Below, piece after piece: positions 19,976 through 27,056 of a stretch of DNA of 27,056 bases; position 1 is the first letter of the stretch; every line of letters begins with the position of its first letter. Position numbers and translations under genes: made by a program. The notes beneath the pieces were generated by a model. That model saw only the letters and a list, made by a program, of their open reading frames with translations. It was not told where the DNA came from and did not search any database. Origin of the DNA: Macrostomum lignano (taxonomy: Eukaryota); the NCBI GenBank assembly GCA_002269645.1, contig NIVC01005069.1, positions 1 through 27,056 of the forward strand, given 5' to 3'.

Positions 19976-22900
19976 TCAGGCTGTAATCTGGTGGCCATCG
20001 CCAGCAGCGGGCGGCCGCCCGGTCACGCTGATGGAGGTCACATTCGATTGCTCCCGTCGAGTCTGCTCATCTTCGTCGCGATGCTGAACATCATCTTCAT
20101 CATCCGCTCTCAGATGCTGGCGCGGCTGCTGCTGATGCTCGTCAGCGAACTTGATGAGGTCCTGCTGGGCGACATCCTCCAGACTGGCTGACCGAGAGAT
20201 CGGCGGCCAGGCGCCTTCGTCCTGCACCAGCTCGTCCCGGATCCGCTCGTACTCTTTGCGAGCCTGACGACCGCGCAGTCGGCGGCGAAGGCCGCGGATG
20301 AACAGGCGGAATGCGGTGCCGTCGACCAGCTCCTCGGCGATGTTGCTCAGCAGGAAGTTCATCAGCACGATGCCGAGTACGAGTGCGGTGAACTGCAGAC
20401 TCGGACTGTCCATGGGCATCTTGACCAGCTGAGGGTTAGATGGAGTCGGGTTAAAGTACATATATATGCGAGTGCCTATATATAAACGTCACACAGGCAA
20501 TTCTGCCCATTCCTCTGACTCCTGAGCACTATACAAGCGCGTCAATACTGTACGCAGGCACAGCACTCATGCACATGCTCACACAGGGTGTACTGCAGCC
20601 CTTTGTTGACTTTCTAATGGTCAAGCATGTACATTCTGTGTGTGCTTTGGGGCTGGCACTATCACAGCAATATTCTCGATAGCAATTCACCTCAAGAAAG
20701 TTGAGTAGCCAAGGAAACGGTTTGATAGTAACGTAGATGCTAGCTCCGATCACTAGCAGCAGATTGACCAGGAATAGGCCTGCGGGCGGAGTGGCGACAT
20801 CGGGGATGGTGCAATTTTGTTTAGCAAAGGGGCGGATTCGGGATGGATATTGGGGCGGATTCGGGATGGATATTGGGGCGAATTCGGGATGGATATTGGG
20901 GCGAATTCGGGATGGATATTGGGGCGAATTCGGGATGGATATTGGGGCGAATTCGGGATGGATATTGGGGCGAATTCGGGATGGATATTGGGGCGAATTC
21001 GGGATGGATATTGGGGCGATTCGGGATGGATATTGGGGCGAATTCGGGATGGATATTGGGGCGATTCGGGATGGATATTGGGGCGAATTCGGGATGGATA
21101 TTGGGGCGAATTCGGGATGGATATTGGGGCGAATTCGGGATGGATATTGGGGCGAATTCGGATGGATATTGGGGCGATTGACGTGGATATCGGGGCGGAT
21201 TTGAAGTGGATATAGGGGCGGATTTGAAGTGGATATAGGGGCGGATTTAAAGTGGATATAGGGGCGGATTTAAAGTGGATATAGGGGCGGATTTAAAGTG
21301 GATATAGGGGCGGATTTAAAGTGGATATAGGGGCGGATTTAAAGTGGATATAGGGGCGGATTTAAAATGGATATAGGGGCGGATTTAAAATGGATATAGG
21401 GGCGGATTTAAAGTGGATATAGGGGCGGATTTAAAGTGGATATAGGGGCGGATTTAAAGTGGATATAGGGGCGGATTTAAGTGGATATAGGGGCGGATTT
21501 GAAGTGGATATAGGGGCGGATTTGAAGTGGATATAGGGGCGGATTTAAAGTGGATATAGGGGCGGATTTAAAGTGGATATCGGGGCGGATAAAGTGGATT
21601 CGTGGTGCTTATAAAACAGATTACGTAAAAGTAGAAAAACTATTCAACAAAGCTACTCACGGTTGGACGGTATGGTGAGCCTGTACGGCTGAGACTTGGA
21701 AAATGCCACAGCCAGGGTGATGTACTGAAAGGAGGACACCAAGTACACTGCCGTATTCTCATAGCTGCATACTCGTCAGCCGTAATGTCCATGTGAAATG
21801 GAAAAAACCAATCCTGAGTCTGAACGTATAGAAAGGCCAACGTCTGGAAGGCGATGTTCAACAGAGACTGCAGACAGATCGACGCGATGGTAACCGTTGA
21901 CATTAAACGCAGACTTGGCGCCTCCTTTGACAGTTGCGGATAGGCCTTGGTGTAGCCAAACGTGATGCTGAGAGTAGTGATGATGAACAGGTCGATGTAG
22001 AGAAACTGTCCATCAGTGAGGTTGGCACCGATGTAGTACAGGATGAGGCAGGACACGAACTGCGTGATAGAATAGCCAGCCATGAATTGAAAGTGCCAAA
22101 CGAGGTCACGATGGCGCAGCGGCCCTCCCTGATCAGGGTTGGCACGCAGGAGATGTTCTGCTCCTTGGAGGTGAACGGCGAGGCCACGGAGGCTTCGGCT
22201 TCGCTCAGCGAGATGCCGGCGTGGGCGGCTTTTAAAGCGCCGCAATCGTTCGCTCCGTCGCCGCACATGCCGACTGTGTAGCCCACCTGGGGAGGGCGAG
22301 GGCGAATGGAAAGTTGTGAGTCTGCCGCCAGATTTGGGGCGGGTTTATGGTAGATTTGGGGGTGGATTTATGGTCGATTTGGGGGCGGGTTTATGGTAGA
22401 TTTGGGGGTGGATTTATAGTAGATTTGGGGGCGGATTTATGGTAGATTTGGAGCGGATTTATGGGGGGCGGATTTAAATTTGGGGGCGGATTTATGGTAG
22501 ATTTGGATTTATGCGGATTTATGGTAGATTTGAGGGTGGATTTATAGTAGATTTGGGGGCGGATTTATGGTAGATTTGAGAGCGGATTTATGGTAGTATT
22601 TGAGGGCGGGTTAAGGGTAGATATTTTATTTCAATTTAAATCTAGTACTATCAGTACTATAAGTAGTTGCAAACAAGCAGCTGCATAACGCAGATCTCTA
22701 ACCTGCTGCAGGGATTCCACCAGCTGAGCCTTCTGATCAGGCGAGAACCTGGCAAACACGGTGCCCTTAACCACCAGCTTGGGGATCAGGTGCGGAAAAT
22801 GATTGCGCACAATCTCCCACGATCGGCCAGTCATAGCCAGGTGATAATTGCCTTCTTTAATGTCAATCTCAGGGTCGCGAGTGTTAGGCAGGGAGTAGGC

Positions 22901-25900
22901 GTGCTCGGGCACCACCTCATGCACTTTGCGCTGCAGGTCGCCAGCGTAGTGAAAGTCCAACTGCGCCTGGAGTGGGGCAGCATGGGGTGTTTAGGATTAC
23001 ACTGAGTACAGCATGTGCAGTGAATGGCTGGCTGATGTACATGTACCTCAGCTATTTATACATTCAGTTGCTTTTAGTGCTTTTTCAGTATTCCTGACTC
23101 CTGCACATAGAATGTACACTCTTGACAACACACATGGGATGTACACTCCCCTGTAACATGGAATGTACACTCCTGACAACATACATGGGATGTACACTCC
23201 TGACGCATGGAATGTACACACTCCTGACAACATACATGGGATGTACACTCCCCTGTAACATGGAATGTACACTCCTGACAACACATGGGATGTACACTCC
23301 TGACGCATGGAATGCACACACTCCTGACAACACATGGGATGTACACTCCTGACACATGGAATGTACACAATCCTGACACATGGAATGTACACAATCCTGA
23401 CACATGGAATGTACACACTCCTGACACATAGAATGTACACAATCCTAACGCATGGAATGTACAATCTTGTCCTGACTGACGAAACGAACATTTCTTTACA
23501 CAGAATGTTTTTACTGCATTTAAAAAATAAAAAGAAGCACAAAAAACTCAGTCTACTAACAGTAGCTAGTGAGCATTTGAAATTATATAAAAATACGAAT
23601 TTCCAACCGCATCGGTGGTCCCACGCCAGCACTAGCAACAAAATTACGAATTATAATTTAGGTCACAAGTTTCCAAGACAACCAGATATTATCAAGCATA
23701 GATATACGGTACAAGATTGCAATTGGAATAGTCTCTGATCATGCACCACACTGGTGTAGCAAAAACTATAAATAACGTCACAGTCTAACATAGCTGCTAC
23801 ATATTCAGTGGCAAAAATGCGAAATAAAACAATTTCTACAGGTCAAAGTTCAACTGCGTGATTTCAGTTTTATCCGATCAGTATAGGCAAGTGCAGCCAT
23901 GTTTTATGAGATTAGATTTGAAAAACTAAGTAAAGCATTTGAATAATTTATGCATTAACCCAGATCCTCGCTATTAAAAGTGCACACAAAAATTCAACAG
24001 GCACTATAAAATAGGAGGGGTGCTAAAAAGTTTAGTCTGCGGCGCTAAATTGGCGCTAGACTCTTACCTGCGGCGCTACCCTCATCTAAGGCGCTAAATT
24101 GGCGCTAGAACCTTACCTACGGCGCCACCCTCATCCTAGGCGCTAAATTGGCGCTAGACTCTTACCTGCGGCGCTACCCTCATCTTAGGCGCTAAATTGG
24201 CGCTAGAACCTTACCTACGGCGCCACCCTCATCTTAGGCGCTAAGTTGGCGCTAGACTCTTACCTGCGGCGCTACCCTCATCTTAGGCGCTAAATTGGCG
24301 CTAGAACCTTACCTACGGCGCCACCCTCATCTTAGGCGCTAAATTGGCGCTAGACTCTTACCTGCGGCGCTACCCTCATCTAAAGCGCTAAATTGGCGCT
24401 AGACTCTTACCTGCGGCGCTACCCTCATCTAAGGCGCTAAATTGGCGCTAGAACCTTACCTACGGCGCCACCCTCATCTTAGGCGCTAAATTGGCGCTAG
24501 ACTCCCCTACGGCGCTACCCTCATCTTAGGCGCTAAATTGGCGCTAGAACCTTACCTACGGCGCCACCCTCATCTTAGGCGCTAAATTGGCGCTAGACTC
24601 TTACCTGCGGCGCTACCCTCATCTAAAGCGCTAAATTGGCGCTAGACTCTTACCTGCGGCGCTACCCTCATCTAAGGCGCTAAATTGGCGCTAGAACCTT
24701 ACCTACGGCGCCACCCTCATCTTAGGCGCTAAATTGGCGCTAGACTCCCCTACGGCGCTACCCTCATCTAAGGCGCTAAATTGGCGCTAGAACCTTACCT
24801 ACGGCGCCACCCTCATCTTAGGCGCTAAATTGGCGCTAGAACCTTACCTACGGCGCCACCCTCATCTTAGGCGCTAAATTGGCGCTAGAACCTTACCTAC
24901 GGCGCCACCCTCATCCTAGGCGCTAAATTGGCGCTAGACTCACCTACGGCGCTACCCTCATCTAAGGCGCTAAATTGGCGCTAGACTCACCTACGGCGCC
25001 ACCCTCATCTTAGGCGCTAAATTGGCGCTAGAACCTTACCTACGGCGCCACCCTCATCTTAGGCGCTAAATTGGCGCTAGAACCTTACCTACGGCGCCAC
25101 CCTCATCTTAGGCGCTAAATTGGCGCTAGAACCTTACCTACGGCGCCACCCTCATCCTAGGCGCTAAATTGGCGCTAGACTCACCTACGGCGCTACCCTC
25201 ATCTAAGGCGCTAAATTGGCGCTAGACTCACCTACGGCGCCACCCTCATCTTAGGCGCTAAATTGGCGCTAGAACCTTACCTACGGCGCCACCCTCATCT
25301 TAGGCGCTAAATTGGCGCTAGAACCTTACCTACGGCGCCACCCTCATCCTAGGCGCTAAATTGGCGCTAGAACCTTACCTACGGCGCTACCCTCATCTAA
25401 GGCGCTAAATTGGCGCTAGACTCACCTACGGCGCTACCCTCATCTAAGGCGCTAAATCGGCGCTAGACTCTTACCTGCGGCGCTTCCCTCATCTAAAGGC
25501 GCTAAATTGGCGCTAGAACCTTACCTACGGCGCCACCCTCATCTTAGGCGCTAAATTGGCGCTAGAACCTTACCTACGGCGCCACCCTCATCCTAGGCGC
25601 TAAATTGGCGCTAGACTCACCTACGGCGCTACCCTCATCTAAGGCGCTAAATTGGCGCTAGACTCACCTACGGCGCCACCCTCATCTTAGGCGCTAAATT
25701 GGCGCTAGAACCTTACCTACGGCGCCACCCTCATCTTAGGCACTAAATTGGCGCTAGAACCTTACCTACGGCGCCACCCTCATCCTAGGCGCTAAATTGG
25801 CGCTAGAACCTTACCTACGGCGCTACCCTCATCTAAGGCGCTAAATTGGCGCTAGACTCACCTACGGCGCTACCCTCATCTAAGGCGCTAAATCGGCGCT

Positions 25901-26588
25901 AGACTCTTACCTGCGGCGCTTCCCTCATCTAAAGGCGCTAAATTGGCGCTAGACTCTTACCTGCAGCGCTACCCTCATCTTAGGCGCTAAATTGGCGCTA
26001 GACTCTTACCTGCGGCGCTACCCTCATCTAAAGCGCTAAATTGGGTTGGCGCTAGAGTCCCCTACGGCGCCACCCTCATCTAAGGCGTTAAGTTGGCGCT
26101 AGACTCACCTACGGAGCTAAACTGGGGCTAGATTCTCACCTAAGTCGCTAGATTCTCACCTAAGGCGCTAGATTCTCACCTAAGGCGCTAGATTCTCACC
26201 TAAGGCGCTAGATTCTCACCTAAGGCGCTATAATCTCACCCACTACGCTACATTGGCACAAAACTCTTACGGTCAGTGGGACTGTTGCGGCTCCCTTGCC
26301 AAAAAAATAATAATTTAAGAAACTAAATAATAGCAAACCTGAAATGGCGGCTGGGCAGGCGTGGCCTGGACCAGGATAACAGCGTCCCTGTCGCCAATCA
26401 TATCGCAGTCCCTGGCAACACTCAACGCCGTGAGGATATTATCCCCAGTGACCATGACTGGTCGGATTGACGCGTTCAACAGCTGGTGAATGACCAGGGT
26501 GGTCTGCGGCTTCAGCCGGTTCTCTCATCACTAACAGGCCAAGGAATATTAGGTCGCGCTCCACGGACTCTCGGGCCAGCTTTTGCAC
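19976..26588 (-). CDS. ATP13A3: P5B-type ATPase (ATP13A2/3/4/5 family, polyamine-transporting type), last five exons; 5' part lies outside the window
   Basis: Exons 26588-26339 ([18 protein letters not shown]...[18 protein letters not shown]), 22966-22703 (LAMTGRSW...[18 protein letters not shown]), 22286-21661 ([36 protein letters not shown]...[10 protein letters not shown]...YENTAV...[12 protein letters not shown]), 20779-20691 ([10 protein letters not shown]...), 20428-19976 (...[19 protein letters not shown]...*). All GT-AG and phase-consistent after three single-base corrections. [10 protein letters not shown] and GISLS indicate P5B, not P5A. The symbol means ATP13A3-like; the exact orthologue is unresolved. 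Confidence 0.93.
20495..20660 (+). repeat. Dispersed repeat, copy 5 (most complete), in the last ATPase intron
   Basis: AGGCAATTCTGCCCATTCC...AAGCGCGTCAATACTGTACGCAGGCAC...CATGTACA...TGGGGCTGGCAC; inverted relative to copy 4. Confidence 0.9.
20829..21180. repeat. Intronic 23-bp minisatellite, type A (GGGGCGAATTCGGGATGGATATT), ~15 units
   Basis: Direct inspection; lies in intron 21660-20780. Confidence 0.95.
21181..21600. repeat. Intronic 23-bp minisatellite, type B (GGGGCGGATTTAAAGTGGATATA), ~18 units
   Basis: Direct inspection; abuts type A. Confidence 0.95.
22331..22618. repeat. Intronic degenerate 23-bp minisatellite, type C (TGGTAGATTTGGGGGCGGATTTA)
   Basis: About 12 imperfect units in intron 22702-22287. 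Confidence 0.85.
23101..23470. repeat. Intronic ~21-27-bp minisatellite, core CATGG(G/A)ATGTACAC(AC)TCCTGAC
   Basis: About 15 units, each with TGTACA or TGCACA; it generates the spurious Cys/His/Met-rich ORFs. Confidence 0.9.
24038..26240. repeat. Intronic 49-bp (47-50-bp variants) minisatellite, ~43 units, ending in a 20-bp (GGCGCTAGATTCTCACCTAA) run
   Basis: Unit GGCGCTAAATTGGCGCTAGAACCTTACCTACGGCGCCACCCTCATCTTA with three GGCGCYA sub-motifs; unit starts at 24041 and 24090. Confidence 0.98.
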
Positions 26589-26637
26589 CTGGATTGGGTT
26601 GGAGTGGGGGTTGCTATTTAGTTTCTTCTGACTCTGA

Positions 26638-27056
26638 GCTAAATCCACTTCCGGTTAAATCCTTAATCCAATGCAGCTGATTCACTTCCGGTTAAATCCT
26701 TTAATCTAATGTGGCTAAATCCACCTCCGGTTAAATCCTTAATCCAATGTAGATAAATCCACTTCCGGTTGAATCCTTAATCCAATGTGGCTAAATCAAC
26801 TTCCGGTTGAATCCTTAATCCAATGCAGCTGATTCACTTCCGGTTAAATCCTTAACCCAATGTAGATAAATCCACTTCCGGTTAAAATTCTTGGTCCAAT
26901 GTACGCTCGTAGCTGATTCACTTCCGGTTAACTCCTTAATATAATAAGGATAAATCCACTTCCGGTTAAATCCTTAACCAAATGTAGCTTAATCGCGTGT
27001 AGTTGAATCTACTTCCGGTTAAATCCTTAATATAATGAAGATAAATCCACTTCCGG
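26638..27056. repeat. Intronic ~38-44-bp minisatellite (AAATCCACTTCCGGTTAAATCCTTAATCCAATGTAGCT), runs off the window end
   Basis: About 11 units, each with (C/A/T)ACTTCCGG or a one-base variant. Confidence 0.92.

Noticed and set aside
19738-20660. TIR transposon or foldback element carrying a small membrane-protein gene (ORF 19976-20461)
   Set aside because: The ORF is the ATP13A terminal exon: in-phase acceptor at 20428 and the [10 protein letters not shown]...WPP family motif. The arms belong to a dispersed family and no TSD is visible.
20737-21215. Gly/Trp-rich repeat proteins
   Set aside because: They are translations of the 23-bp array, antisense within an ATPase intron.
23048-23738. 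Cys/His-rich metallothionein-like or keratin-associated-like ORFs
   Set aside because: They are translations of an intronic minisatellite on both strands and in several frames.

Overview
Eukaryotic (metazoan) genomic DNA with GT-AG spliced genes, a decayed LINE and many minisatellites. The short introns beside minisatellite-filled introns remind me of the flatworm Macrostomum, but that is an impression only. Genes: (1) a 4-exon, intact secreted protein on the minus strand (5117-2170, ~574 aa) with an unrecognised N-terminal domain and a C-terminal LamG/ConA-like domain; (2) an unidentified multi-exon gene on the minus strand (~12123-9603) with several frameshifts, head-to-head with (3) a frameshifted ankyrin-repeat gene (12544-13330+) that has a dead RTE-like LINE just downstream; (4) an intact paralogous ankyrin + coiled-coil + glycine-zipper ORF (~17009-18436); (5) the last five exons of a P5B-type ATPase (ATP13A2/3-like; minus strand, 26588-19976). 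Its three long complete introns and the partial upstream intron hold minisatellites; its short last intron holds a dispersed repeat. There is also a 1.9-kb intergenic 40-bp array and five copies of a ~165-bp dispersed repeat; two near-identical copies form an inverted pair around the ATPase last exon. Most frameshifts are single-base losses in homopolymers, which points to long-read consensus error rather than pseudogenes. I found no rRNA, tRNA or CRISPR array. Best leads: the ankyrin/glycine-zipper protein, the inverted repeat around the terminal exon, the unclassified dispersed element and the secreted LamG protein. None is a demonstrated new system.
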